Below are positions 48,784 through 59,428 of a stretch of DNA of 64,000 nucleotides, one piece after another. Source of the stretch: Candidatus Bathyarchaeota archaeon (GTDB taxonomy: Archaea > Thermoproteota > Bathyarchaeia > Bathyarchaeales > Bathycorpusculaceae). A program made the position numbers and the translations under genes. Under the pieces are notes generated by a model. The model saw only the letters and a program-made list of their open reading frames with translations. It searched no databases and was not told the DNA's origin. The stretch is from NCBI GenBank assembly GCA_963707955.1, contig OY970176.1:544001-608000 (forward strand), read 5' to 3'. Within the stretch, counting starts at the first letter, position 1. Each line of letters opens with the position of its first letter.

Positions 48784-49720
48784 CTCCTTTGCCTCCTTCT
48801 TGATTCACAAGATAGAAGAATATGTCGTCCAGTGTTACCGGATTGATGGTAAACTTGTACCCGCCTTTGGAGAGTTCTCTTGAAATTCTGAAGGCCTCTT
48901 CCTCTGTCGTGAGTATTCTGACATAGCCATCCCTTCCAGTTACTATCTCGCCCTTCAAAAGCGTAAGAAAGTCAGGCGCCGGTTTTGAGAGCAGCTTCAT
49001 GCTATAGTTGTAATTTATGCTTTGTCTCAGATCCTCGAGGGTTCCGATGCGGATTAGTTTGCCGTGATCCAGGATGCCGATCTTATCAGCTAGCTGTTCC
49101 GCTTCTTCGAGATAATGTGTAGTAAGAAATGTGAAGCGGTCGTTTCCAATATCTTTGAGAATCTCCCAGAATTCTCTCCTTGAGATCGGGTCGAGTCCCG
49201 TTGTCGGCTCGTCTAAGAAGAGTATTTCGGCTTCTGAAGACAGGACAGTCGCAACCAAAACCTTTCTCTTCATTCCTCCTGAGAGCATGCGATTCAAAGT
49301 ATTGCGGTATTCGCTGAGTCCGAGCTTTTCAAGCGAATCGAAGGCCCTCTTTTTTGCTTCAACGTAGTCGAGTCCTCGCCAAAGAAGATATGATAGCACT
49401 GTTTGCATAGGCGTCATCCACGGTATTGGTCTCGCTTCTTGAGGTACTATAGCGATTTTTTCTCTGAGCCTACGGGGCTCCTTCACGACGTCTATACCGT
49501 TTATGGTGGCTCTTCCTGATGTTGGTTCAAGCTCGGTTGCAAGGATACGTACGAGCGTGGTCTTTCCAGAACCGTTTCGGCCTATCAGCACGAATACACC
49601 ATGCGTGGGAATAGAGAAGCTTGCCGAGTCAAGCGCCTTCGTCTTGCTCTTGCCATAGACCTTGGTTAGACGATCACATGTAATTAACTGAGAACTCTCC
49701 TCCATTCCCTCACCCAACAC
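48746..49720 (-). CDS. ABC transporter ATP-binding protein
   Basis: GRNGSGKT, LSGG, LDEPT and H-loop. Confidence 0.93.
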   Translation of the reverse strand: MLGEGMEESSQLITCDRLTKVYGKSKTKALDSASFSIPTHGVFVLIGRNGSGKTTLVRILATELEPTSGRATINGIDVVKEPRRLREKIAIVPQEARPIPWMTPMQTVLSYLLWRGLDYVEAKKRAFDSLEKLGLSEYRNTLNRMLSGGMKRKVLVATVLSSEAEILFLDEPTTGLDPISRREFWEILKDIGNDRFTFLTTHYLEEAEQLADKIGILDHGKLIRIGTLEDLRQSINYNYSMKLLSKPAPDFLTLLKGEIVTGRDGYVRILTTEEEAFRISRELSKGGYKFTINPVTLDDIFFYLVNQEGGKGVGIQEERDAEEE

Positions 49721-50047
49721 GACTGTTGAATTTTTGGCGGCGCTGTTAACCCTTTCGGTTCATGGAACAAAAGACAAGCACTTACTCCATCGGCACGCTA
49801 GGCTGCTTAGAAAGCGCGCTGACTCGTCCCGAAATTAGTCTAAAATAACTACAATTCTTGTTCTCGAGTTTGGGGGCACGTTTCAGGTGTCCATCTGTTT
49901 TTAGCCCGCTTGCGTGCCTTGAAGTCCAAACGGCTAGGTGCAGCCTCAACGGTTTATAGCGCGTGCGGCAGGCTGGAACAACGACTAACGAAAGGTCTGT
50001 AGTTTGGGAGACTTCGGCTCGGGATACGTTGAAATACGTGCGGTGAG

Positions 50048-51019
50048 ATGTCAGTACCTATGGATTACAGAAATCTCGGCAAGTCGGGTCTTAAAGTTTC
50101 ACGGATCTGTCTGGGAACAAATAATTTCGGTGGACAGGTCAATGAGGAAACTTCCATAAAGATAGTTGACAGGGCTCTCGACTGTGGGATAAACGTTGTA
50201 GACACAGCAAATGTGTACACGGGAGGCAAGTCGGAAGAGATAATTGGAAACGCCGTGAAGGGTCGCAGAGACGAAGTCATTATAGCGACAAAGGTGGGAT
50301 TCGGCACTGGTGAAGGACCAAACCGGACGGGCCTCTCGCGCAAACACATTCTTTCTCAGGTTGAGCATAGTTTGAATAGCTTACAGACAGACTTCATCGA
50401 CATTTATTATCTGCATCGCTTCGACCCTGAAACGCCTCTTGAGGAGACGCTTCGAACGTTCGATGACCTCGTACGCGGCGGAAAGGTGCGGTATGTGGCG
50501 TGCTCTAATTTTTCGGCGTGGCAGATAGCCCAAGCCCACGAGATCTGCGAGACGCATGATTTGGAGAAGGTCATCGCAGTTCAACCACCCTACAATCTGC
50601 TACAAAGAGACATTGAGAAAGACATTATCCCTTATTGCCAGCAAGAAGGATTAGGGATTCTAACATACACGCCGCTGATGGGAGGTTTTCTCACCGGAAA
50701 GTATTCGAAAGGTGCGCATCCGCCAACAGGCAGCAGGTTCGAGCACAATCCGAGACTATGGGAACGCGCGAACAAAGAATCGAATTTTGCAGTCCTGGAG
50801 CAGATTGAAAGTGTGGCTAACGATGTCGGCATATCCATATCAAGACTAGCCATTTCGTGGATACTGAAAAACCCCGCGATAACGGCGCCTATCGTCGGGG
50901 CTTCAAGCTCAGAACAAGTCGAGGAAAACTGCAAGATAGCCGAAATTAACCTCAACGACGAAACGTATCAGAGACTTAACGAGTTGACAAACGGCCTAAG
51001 TTTTTCTCTGTACTCTTAA
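50048..51019 (+). CDS. Aldo/keto reductase
   Basis: DTANVY, IATK, YYLH and YNLL motifs. Confidence 0.93.
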   Translation: MSVPMDYRNLGKSGLKVSRICLGTNNFGGQVNEETSIKIVDRALDCGINVVDTANVYTGGKSEEIIGNAVKGRRDEVIIATKVGFGTGEGPNRTGLSRKHILSQVEHSLNSLQTDFIDIYYLHRFDPETPLEETLRTFDDLVRGGKVRYVACSNFSAWQIAQAHEICETHDLEKVIAVQPPYNLLQRDIEKDIIPYCQQEGLGILTYTPLMGGFLTGKYSKGAHPPTGSRFEHNPRLWERANKESNFAVLEQIESVANDVGISISRLAISWILKNPAITAPIVGASSSEQVEENCKIAEINLNDETYQRLNELTNGLSFSLYS

Positions 51020-51140
51020 AGCGCGCGTTTATCTACTTTCCATAAAGCTTTAAGCTGTGCTTGGTCAGAGAAAGGGATGCGAACTATCTTCAGACCTATC
51101 CAAAAGTGTGGGATGTATAATCTGGGGTATAGTTCCCCGT

Positions 51141-51249
51141 GCCGGGGTCTCCTAGCTTAGGTATGGAGCAAGCCTGGAGACGATCAATTTCGCCTAACAG
51201 CTTGTGGCCTCTCGGGGCCACGTGGGTTCAAATCCCACTCCCGGCGCCA
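51141..51249 (+). tRNA. tRNA-Ser(GGA) with a canonical 37/38 intron (about 51180-51198)
   Basis: GCCGGGG acceptor, CAAGC-CTGGAG...A-GCTTG, long variable arm, TTCAAAT loop, encoded CCA. Confidence 0.9.
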
Positions 51250-51370
51250 ACAAACGATTGAGGAAGCATGAATCAGCATCGAGAGTCATAACTCTCATAA
51301 TTGTTCATCTCTCACGCGCGCGGCTTGTCAAATCTGGCTTCCTATTCTCATATATGCACGGTCAGACTTG

Positions 51371-51661
51371 TTATGATTTACAAGCGGACAATATCTCATC
51401 GACCTTTTCTAGGTTGATATCAGTAATCAAAACTCTCTTCTGTTTAGATGTAAAACCGGAAGTAATCTCAACTTTTCTCTTGAAAACCTTTGAGAGCTCC
51501 TTTATCAACTCTCTATTAACCTTACCTTTCACAGGAGACTCTTTACAGCGCACCACAAGTTCATCATCTTCGACCTCAATCTTGAATTCTCTCGAATCTA
51601 GCTTAACGTAGACATTCAAGACTACTCCTTGATCAGTTTCCAACAATTTCATTGTTGACAC
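51371..51661 (-). CDS. DUF167/YggU-family protein
   Basis: SPVKGKVNRELI and ITSGFTSKQK motifs. Confidence 0.88.
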   Translation of the reverse strand: MSTMKLLETDQGVVLNVYVKLDSREFKIEVEDDELVVRCKESPVKGKVNRELIKELSKVFKRKVEITSGFTSKQKRVLITDINLEKVDEILSACKS

Positions 51662-51766
51662 AGCTTTCTAGTTTCTGCTTTCTAAATTTAAAGAGGAAAT
51701 TAGTTTCTAATAATTTTGATTGTTTTATAAAGTAGAAATCAGAAACCTTGATGCCATGGAAGTAAC

Positions 51767-52315
51767 ATGAAGATGTGGGCTAAGGAGATCAGGACTCAAG
51801 CAGATCTATATTGTATGTTCAAGAAGATCATTGAAGAGAAGACTCGCTTTGATGGCATAGAATTTTGCAAGGTAGACTTGGAATATCGCGTGAAGCCGAG
51901 TGGAAGAAGAGCAGATCTGGTGGTTTTTATCAAGAATGGCGTTGGAGAAGAAAAAGCATTTTTGGTTATTGAGGTAAAGAGATCGAGGGAGCACGAAGAT
52001 GAAACGGATTATAGTCAGAAATTCCCGTTTCCGGGTCTTGGAGAAATAACGTTGCAGGAAGCAATGGATAAGGGTTTGTTGGACAAAGGCAGCTACAAGT
52101 ACCATATGGGTGCTTTGCAGCAGGCTAGAGAATATGCTCAGAGCATTGGCGCTCCTTTCTTTGCCGTATGCTATGGTGACTCTCTATTTATCCGCAGTTT
52201 CCGTGAGCAGTATGGTAAGTTCTATAAATGCAGGGATTTATCAGAGGAATTTGTTAAGAAACTATTGAATGAATTAGCGCAACTATACGGGATTGTCAAG
52301 AGCACGCAGCAATAG
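51767..52315 (+). CDS. Stand-alone HsdR-N-like PD-(D/E)xK nuclease
   Basis: RRADLVV...LVIEVK...ALQQAREYA. Confidence 0.75.
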   Translation: MKMWAKEIRTQADLYCMFKKIIEEKTRFDGIEFCKVDLEYRVKPSGRRADLVVFIKNGVGEEKAFLVIEVKRSREHEDETDYSQKFPFPGLGEITLQEAMDKGLLDKGSYKYHMGALQQAREYAQSIGAPFFAVCYGDSLFIRSFREQYGKFYKCRDLSEEFVKKLLNELAQLYGIVKSTQQ

Positions 52316-52464
52316 TCGTGCGTGCTAATCTAGTCTATAAATGCCTTCTTAGATTCAAAAGCGCGCGCAGAATTCTCCTCTTACGTGAACTGTGGTGTTG
52401 GACGGACTATTTCCGAAAGCTAGATCGCGAACGTATTGTTTCATTAAAGAAGGGTACGCACACT

Positions 52465-53594
52465 TTACTCAAGGACAAAGATGTTTCTCTTGCGGCCCAT
52501 GTCCTTAAGTATCTTGGGCCAAACGGTGACGCTTACCTCGCCAAGATGCGCTTTCTTGAGTATCACCATCTGTGTGCGCGATTGTCCGATGCCGCCTCCG
52601 ATGCTGAGTGGAATCTCATTCTTCATTATTGCCTGGTGGTACGGGTACTTGAGAAAGTCAGTCTGACCTGACATCTCTAGCTGTTTTTTAAGCGTTTCTG
52701 GGTTGACGCGTATGCCCATTGACGACAGTTCGTGGCGGCGCTTTGTCACAGGGTTCCAGACGAGTATGTCACCGTTGAGGCCGTGCATCGGTCTGCCGTC
52801 CTTTGACTTCGTTTCCGTGACCCAATCGTCGTAGTCTGCCGCCCTCATTTCGTGTGGGTAGCCGTCTTTGAGGGGCCATCCGATTCCGTAGATGAAGATC
52901 CCTGCGTACTCTTGCAGAATTCTTGTCTCCCGCTGCTTACGCGGTAGATTTGGGTACTTGTCAAGGATATCCTCAGCGTGGAGAAACGTGAGTTTGTCGG
53001 GGAGGTCTGGATACTTGTCCGTCTTCAGTTGGGGATAGAGTTTCTGGACGTGTTTCTCAGCGCCTTTGATGACTCTCCAGAGTTCTCAACTGTTTCGGTT
53101 AAGTACTTGAGGTTCCGCTCCTTCTCAGTTATCACTTTTTCCCAGTCCCACTGGTCCACGTATGCGCTGTGGTCGTGGTCGAGGAAGTAGTCCTTGCGCA
53201 CGGCGCGCATGTCGGTACACAATCCTTCTCCAGGCTTCATTCCGAACTCTTTCAGGGCCATTCGTTTCCACTTCGTAGCGGCTTGGACTATTTGAGCGTC
53301 AACCGGATGCTTATCATAATCGTTTGAAATGTGGAACTGGATCGGCGTACGCGAGCCATCGCGGTCTAAGAGGTCGTTGATGCCGCTTTCCACGTCCACG
53401 ATAAGAGGAACCTGAACCATTATCAGATTAAGCTCTTTGCACAGGTTTTCCTCAATGTAGGTCTTCACGGCAAAGATCGCTTTCTGCGTATCTTTCGGGT
53501 TCAAAATGGAGTGGTAGTCGTTTGGCAAAATCTTCTCCAACTCCTCGTAGGTGCCGATGCCTGGACCCGCTAAATCCGCTTTTTTGTCCGACAT
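52465..53594 (-). CDS. asnA: Aspartate-ammonia ligase AsnA (frameshift near 53083)
   Basis: TKWKR, DHSAYVDQWDWE, RAADYDDW, ELSSMGIRV and GGGIGQSR motifs. Confidence 0.9.
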
Positions 53595-53969
53595 GATAAT
53601 CACACACCGCACGGATATCTAAAACCGCAATATAAATTTTCAGTAAAAACGCCTGTTTATCTACTATTAACATCCAATAATGATGGCGACTGAACGCTGA
53701 GGTGACATCTCAGTTGCGGCGAAGAGTCAAATCCCTTCACTGATGCCAACAATACTATCTTTAGCGCGCTAGCGTGTTCCTGAATTCTTTCGGGAAGTGG
53801 CTTGCGCTGCGCATTTTGCTCTTCAACCATATTTGGATCATATAGGATACCCGGGGGGGGAGGGCGTGAGAGCGAGAGAGCACCCAGCCGAACCTTGACG
53901 GTGACCATCGAAAAACGTCATGCCTTCCTCTTGGACGCAATCTAGGAATTCAGGAACAAGCATGCGCGC

Positions 53970-54896
53970 TCAAACTGTCTTTTTCATTTCTGCTATCGCA
54001 TCTTTTATGATGGTGGCAGATTTTTCAAAGTTCTTCTTCGCTTCCGAATCCAGCTTAAGCTCCAGAATTCTTTCAACCCCATTCTTTCCAAGGACGCATG
54101 GAACACCAATCGAAAGATCTGAAAACCCGTACTCGCCCTGCAAATAGGTGGAAACACTCATCACTCTGTTTCTGCCTCTCAAGACAGCATCGGCCATTAT
54201 CGCAATGACAGCGGCAGGGGCGTAAACTGTAGACCCTTTAAGCTTTATCACGTCTGAACCTGAGGCCCGGGTTAAGTTTACTACCTTTTCGACCTGGTCC
54301 TCGTCAAGCAAGGTTGTTATCGGTATTCCTGAAACGGAAGCGAAGTTCACGAGGGGGACCATAGAGTCCCCGTGCTCTCCGATCACCAAAGCGCGGATGT
54401 CTTCCCGTGAGACGCCCAGTTCCGATGCGATGTAGGACCTGAAACGGAGAGTGTCAAGGATGTTTCCCATTCCGAAAACGCGGTTTCTTCTGAACCCTGA
54501 CTCCTCGTGGGCAACGTAGGTCATCACGTCGACCGGATTAGTGACCATCATCAGCATGCAGTCAGGAGCATACTTGACAACCTCTTTCACCACCGATTTG
54601 ACTATCTTCGCGTTCTTGTTCAAGAGGTCAATCCGGCTCATTCCAGGCTGTCTCGCCAAACCAGCAGTTACGATCACGAGCTCTGAACCTTTCATTTCGC
54701 TGTAATCACTGGTGCCCTCAATCTTCCCATCAAACTCGATCGCGGGGGCCGCCTGCATCATATCCAAAGCCTCGCCCCGAGCCATGTTCTCTGCGATGTC
54801 TATCAGAACAACGTCACTAATTCTGCGGCCTAGAATGTTGAAGGCGGCAGAACTTCCCACTTTTCCAGCGCCTATTATCGTGATCATAGCATACAT
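53970..54896 (-). CDS. mdh: Malate dehydrogenase (LDH-like)
   Basis: GAGKVG, RQPGMSR, NPVD and GEHGD motifs. Confidence 0.92.
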   Translation of the reverse strand: MYAMITIIGAGKVGSSAAFNILGRRISDVVLIDIAENMARGEALDMMQAAPAIEFDGKIEGTSDYSEMKGSELVIVTAGLARQPGMSRIDLLNKNAKIVKSVVKEVVKYAPDCMLMMVTNPVDVMTYVAHEESGFRRNRVFGMGNILDTLRFRSYIASELGVSREDIRALVIGEHGDSMVPLVNFASVSGIPITTLLDEDQVEKVVNLTRASGSDVIKLKGSTVYAPAAVIAIMADAVLRGRNRVMSVSTYLQGEYGFSDLSIGVPCVLGKNGVERILELKLDSEAKKNFEKSATIIKDAIAEMKKTV

Positions 54897-55006
54897 GTGA
54901 CGAACTGGTTTTACATAAACCTAACTAGAAATGCCGCAGAACAGGACCAAGAAAGCTTAATTAATCAAAATATTTCTTTAGTCACTACGGCGCCTACGCC
55001 ATGATA

Positions 55007-55114
55007 GCCCTGGTAGTATAGTCCGGTCACATTGATGAAAACAGCATCAATGTCGGAGTAGTATATGCGGCTGTCGCCCGCAGGACCCGGGTCCAAATCC
55101 CGGCCAGGGCGCCA
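55007..55114 (+). tRNA. tRNA-Asp(GTC) with a 30-nt D-loop intron (55029-55058)
   Basis: GCCCTGG/CCAGGGC acceptor, TGCGG-CTGTCGC-CCGCA; BHB-type helix CCGG/TCGG with intron stem CATTGATG/CATCAATG. Confidence 0.9.
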
Positions 55115-55117
55115 CTT

Positions 55118-55699
55118 CTACAGGAGACTTCCTCTGTAATGAATTGAGGTTGGGCATCCGAGGCATCTGTTGTTTGTGTAGAGAGTGCAGCTGCTGCAGT
55201 CGGTTTCGGTTTCGCATGGGATAGTCTTCTTTTTTTCCAGAATAGGTCTTAATGGAACGATGAAGGTTCTGATAGGTGTCACGATGAGATTGAACTCCAT
55301 GTCTTTTATGAGAGGGTCATTTCTCATGTGAGAGTCTACGCATGACATTATAGACCTCATGTTCTCTCCGACTAAAAGCACCGTTAGGTTATACTTTCCA
55401 GAAGTCAAGAAACTGTTCAGATAGAGAGGACACTTGTCGAGGAAGCTTATGACATCCTCGGTGCCGGTTGTAACGATGTCCATTTTGGCAAGAAAGAGCT
55501 GACTCTTCTTGATGTCCGTTCCAACCGAATAGGCCAGCACACCCATTTCTTTAAGCTTGTGCAGTCTTGCGCTGATTGCAGGCTGCGAGATTTTCAACCC
55601 TTCTGACAGTTCAACCTGGGAAAGCTCAGGGTTTTCTGACAACGATCGCAGAATCTTTTTGTCGATTTCATCGATTCCTTTCAACAAGAGGATTCTCAC
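55118..55699 (-). CDS. Lrp/AsnC-type regulator with a C-terminal Cys cluster
   Basis: HTH SQVELSEGLKISQPAIS; PC....DCSSC.......CLGCP. Confidence 0.85.
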   Translation of the reverse strand: MRILLLKGIDEIDKKILRSLSENPELSQVELSEGLKISQPAISARLHKLKEMGVLAYSVGTDIKKSQLFLAKMDIVTTGTEDVISFLDKCPLYLNSFLTSGKYNLTVLLVGENMRSIMSCVDSHMRNDPLIKDMEFNLIVTPIRTFIVPLRPILEKKKTIPCETETDCSSCTLYTNNRCLGCPTSIHYRGSLL

Positions 55700-55854
55700 C
55701 CTGCGGAGACAATTCGCTTATTATGACTTCTGCTTTTATAATGCGTTCATTGTAGTTAATAAGTAAATTGCCATAGATACTTCTCAGTGATAACAAAAAC
55801 GCTTATGAGCACCCAAGTAGCACGTGTACATAGAGGACTTCTGGAGGTTAGACA

Positions 55855-56226
55855 ATGCCCGAAGTTGAATCATGGGAGAGCAAATGCTGTCGATGTGAAG
55901 GCGAACCTAAAGTCGATCTGTATCCTGGAAAGAGAGCATGTCACGTAGCCTGCGGTTCTTGTCTCTACCCAGCAGATTGGTCTCGATGTCAATCATGCGA
56001 ACTCGTGACCCATTGCATGTACGCTGTGGAATATCTTAGGAACATGAAAATGAAAAGCTCCGAGAAAGGATGCCTATTCAAGGACCAGCTGAACGGAGAA
56101 GAGAGCTTATACCACGCATTGAACTTCGTCAATGCACAACAACAGCTTCTAAACACGCATGGTGAAAAGCGATACATAAAAGAACTGAGAGAAGAAAACG
56201 CTGGAAGCAGATGCTTGAAAAAGTAG
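55855..56226 (+). CDS. Cys-rich hypothetical protein
   Basis: GGAGG ribosome-binding site; about 11 Cys. Confidence 0.6.
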   Translation: MPEVESWESKCCRCEGEPKVDLYPGKRACHVACGSCLYPADWSRCQSCELVTHCMYAVEYLRNMKMKSSEKGCLFKDQLNGEESLYHALNFVNAQQQLLNTHGEKRYIKELREENAGSRCLKK

Positions 56227-56305
56227 CCTAATCTCATATGCTAATGAAATAGAAGTCGTAACTACACGCAGAAAATACGAGAGCTAAGTGATTTTTGGCA
56301 ATCGG

Positions 56306-56590
56306 CTAATCGTTCTTGCCGTCCTTTCTTTCCTGTTCGCCGACTAATTGCTTGAGCTTCTTCTCCATCTTCAGCTCGTATTCGTGTTCCTTCACAGGTG
56401 GAGGAAGGCTCTTGCTCTTGAAAAGCTGGTTTGGAGGAACGATTCGTTTCTCTCCTGTCCTGACCTTGGTCTTTTTGCCGTAAACTTCGTCTTCAAAAGG
56501 CTCCAGGGCCTCCACGACCCAGTTGCCACGACTTTCCGATAACACAGCGACCTTGTGCTTTCCCTTGTAGTAGCGAACTTCTCTGCGCAT
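56306..56590 (-). CDS. Hypothetical protein
   Basis: ORF with a GAGG ribosome-binding site and upstream TTTATAA. Confidence 0.65.
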   Translation of the reverse strand: MRREVRYYKGKHKVAVLSESRGNWVVEALEPFEDEVYGKKTKVRTGEKRIVPPNQLFKSKSLPPPVKEHEYELKMEKKLKQLVGEQERKDGKND

Positions 56591-56708
56591 GGCCTCTCAC
56601 GCTAAAATTTCTGACGCGATTGGATCTTATAAAACGCACGTTCTATAATAGCCTGCAGGCCCAGAAAACATATGAACACCTTTAGACCATCTTCTGGATC
56701 GAAAAGGG

Positions 56709-58064
56709 TTGACGCTTTCTCAAGTACGGAATGAAAAAAAGTATTCGGACACTTGGCTACACGATGTTCTCAAAAGCACCGGTGTAGGCCAGGATGAGAT
56801 TCCAACGATCACTGCCAAATCCTCGCGAAGTGGTTTGTGCGTCGTCTGCAAGGGTTCAAGACTCTTGTGCGGCAAGACACGATGCCCGATAATTGTGAAG
56901 GTCAACTATTACCTGAGAAGTGTGCCTTTGATGAGCAGCGAATACATCGCAGGCGCTTCACCGCCAAGCGTCTTCATCGGCAGAATGGGCTATCCAAACG
57001 TTTATGCAGGACCACTGGTCCCGCCCGTGCAAGACGACACGAGTATGTACGACCTGCCGGAACTCTGGTTTGGAAAATCAATAGACGAAATCGTGGCTTT
57101 CCGATCGATGCTCATTCGAGGCAAACAGAGAGTGCACGTTCAGAAGTTCAACGAAGCAGGAAAAATAATTCAGAAAACCCGCGAACTGGCCCTAGCTATT
57201 AAGCCAGTGGATGTTGAATTGTTCTTGACCAAGAAGCCTCATGGTTCCATATTCTTGAGCGACGAAGTCCAACCTTTTGGGCCCTCGGCTCCTATCAGAG
57301 ACCTGAACGTTGGCAATACAAGATGGGACCAGCATGTGGAAAAAGCGTACTCAGACACCGACCTCAAGGCTGTCCAAGCAGTGCTTGAACTCTATGGCAA
57401 GGGGGTGTTCGAAACGAAAATCCAGAGGGCCTTCAGCGTCGGAGCCTTCGGCATTGAGAAGAACCGGCGATTCGTGCCAACACGCTGGAGCATAACGGCT
57501 GTGGACGACATTATTTCGAAAAACCTCATGAGCCAAGTCAGAGAATTTCCTGAGATCAACGAGTACCGCGTTTATGAATCTCACTACCTTGACAACGTCT
57601 TCGAAGTCCTCATGATACCGCGGGAATGGTGTTATGAAGCGATCGAAGCGTGGTACCCTGGCACCGTTTGGAACCCAGATGGTGAACAGGTTGTGATGTT
57701 CGGTGATTGGGAAGGCCACGATGGTAGAACCTCCTATGCAGAGATAGGCGGATGTTACTACGCCGCACGCTTGGCGGTCTGCGAGCTGCTGGTGAAGGAA
57801 AGAAGGCAAGCGATGGTTATCGTTCTGCGGGAAACTCACCCTGGCTACATCATGCCAGTGGGAGTATGGCAGGTCAGAGAAAACGTGAGACATGCCATGG
57901 GCCAAAAGCCGTTAACCTACAACACGTTAAACGAGGCACTAGAAACGATTGCAAGCAGGTTTAAGATCCCTCTTCAGAGCTGGATAAAACAGAGCCAACT
58001 CATTCGCAACGCCTTGTTCCAAAAACGAATAACAGACTTTCTACGCAAACCCAAGCCTGGCTGA
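56709..58064 (+). CDS. nreA: Nre-family archaeal DNA repair protein
   Basis: CVVCKGSRLLCGKTRCP, SPPSVFIG, VPTRWSITAVD and a C-terminal PIP box QKRITDF. Confidence 0.92.
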   Translation: MTLSQVRNEKKYSDTWLHDVLKSTGVGQDEIPTITAKSSRSGLCVVCKGSRLLCGKTRCPIIVKVNYYLRSVPLMSSEYIAGASPPSVFIGRMGYPNVYAGPLVPPVQDDTSMYDLPELWFGKSIDEIVAFRSMLIRGKQRVHVQKFNEAGKIIQKTRELALAIKPVDVELFLTKKPHGSIFLSDEVQPFGPSAPIRDLNVGNTRWDQHVEKAYSDTDLKAVQAVLELYGKGVFETKIQRAFSVGAFGIEKNRRFVPTRWSITAVDDIISKNLMSQVREFPEINEYRVYESHYLDNVFEVLMIPREWCYEAIEAWYPGTVWNPDGEQVVMFGDWEGHDGRTSYAEIGGCYYAARLAVCELLVKERRQAMVIVLRETHPGYIMPVGVWQVRENVRHAMGQKPLTYNTLNEALETIASRFKIPLQSWIKQSQLIRNALFQKRITDFLRKPKPG

Positions 58065-58135
58065 CAAGGAAGACGGCGTACTTTTCTCGGCTGAAGCCTG
58101 TTCCAGCTAGCCTGCTGAGCTTCCTGTTTCATCCT

Positions 58136-58561
58136 CTAACTCTGTCTAACTCTGCCAAGGGCCCAGGTTGACACGGCCTTCCTGATCTCTTCTTCGTCCA
58201 TAAACTTTGACCCGCTCGCAACTTTTTCCGCCCTAGTCTGTTTGTTGTAATCTTCAACTCGCTTGTTCGTTGCGGTGACTAGCCTCTCAAGCCAGTGAAG
58301 TTTCTCCTCCACCCTGTCACGAGTGGTCACGAGCTTTATTGCTCTTCCCACAACTAGCACTTTCCTGTCCCAAAAGTCTAAGCTAGACCACAACTCTTGG
58401 TCAAACAATGTGTGCCAAACGTAGGAAGGATCGGAATCCAATGGCAAAGTTATGATGTAGGCTGTTGGATGGAACGGGTCCTTCTGTATGTCAACGTGCG
58501 TCGGGTCGACAGGATGTTTGATATTTACTTTTTCTGCTATTTCCGCCAACTCTGACCCCAC
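58136..58561 (-). CDS. Hypothetical protein
   Basis: ORF only. Confidence 0.6.
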   Translation of the reverse strand: MGSELAEIAEKVNIKHPVDPTHVDIQKDPFHPTAYIITLPLDSDPSYVWHTLFDQELWSSLDFWDRKVLVVGRAIKLVTTRDRVEEKLHWLERLVTATNKRVEDYNKQTRAEKVASGSKFMDEEEIRKAVSTWALGRVRQS

Positions 58562-58709
58562 GTTAGACTAAGCTAGTCTCAAAAAGTTAAAGCTTGCGTC
58601 CTGATAAGAAGATGGATCCACGAAAATACTTTCGAAAGCAATTCCTGATTTCAGAAAACACGTGATTCCGAGTTTCTCGTATCTTCACAACGGTCTGAAG
58701 TTGATACTG

Positions 58710-59261
58710 CTAATGGTGAAGCTCCGACATTTTTCTGTACCTGTCCATAGAAGAAGTCACTATTGCATATGCGTCTTTGACGTTCTTCCATTCTTTGAAC
58801 TTTACCCATTTGATCGGCTCTAGCCTCTTGTATGTTTCAAAGAACTCTTGAATCTCTCTGAGTCTTTGCGGATGCACGTCTGAAATGTCGCGGTAACCGT
58901 CGAATCTTGCGTCGTTAACGGGGACAGAGAGAATCTTTGCGTCCTCCCCTTTTTCGTCTTCAACGATCAATGCTCCTATCGTTCTCACCTTGACTACGCA
59001 GCCAACCTCAAGCGATTCATAGCTGAGAACCATTATGTCGAGCGGGTCATCATCCTCAGCCCAAGTCTGCGGTACAAAACCGTACTCCACTGGAAAAACC
59101 ACTGATGAAGGTATTACCCTGTCCAAAACGAACGCCTCCCACTCAGAGCGGAACTCGTACTTGTCTCTTGACCCGCTCGCAACTTCAATCACGACATTTA
59201 AAAGCGTCGGAGGCTTGTCACCTGGCGGAATATCCTTCCAGACATTCATTACGATCAGCAC
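58710..59261 (-). CDS. ppa: Family I inorganic pyrophosphatase
   Basis: YGFVPQT, DDDPLD and FFETYK motifs. Confidence 0.95.
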   Translation of the reverse strand: MLIVMNVWKDIPPGDKPPTLLNVVIEVASGSRDKYEFRSEWEAFVLDRVIPSSVVFPVEYGFVPQTWAEDDDPLDIMVLSYESLEVGCVVKVRTIGALIVEDEKGEDAKILSVPVNDARFDGYRDISDVHPQRLREIQEFFETYKRLEPIKWVKFKEWKNVKDAYAIVTSSMDRYRKMSELHH

Positions 59262-59428
59262 TTATGACAAAAAGTCACACCGACTAATCTGTTTTTCCCG
59301 AGAACGCGCTACACTGATTGAAAAGTTGACCTTTTTCTCATTTCTGCTTTGACAAAATCGACTTCACTCACGATGAATCCAATGGCCAAGAAGAGGGAAG
59401 GGAAGTATCGTAGAAGACTGTTGCTAAT

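Noticed and set aside
40940-53100. Programmed frameshifting or pseudogenisation in the phosphoesterase and asnA genes
   Set aside because: Each break is a single missing A in a short A-run with intact motifs on both sides, so sequencing error is more likely.
53840-53915. G-run and purine-rich tract as a possible ncRNA
   Set aside because: No convincing stems or box motifs.
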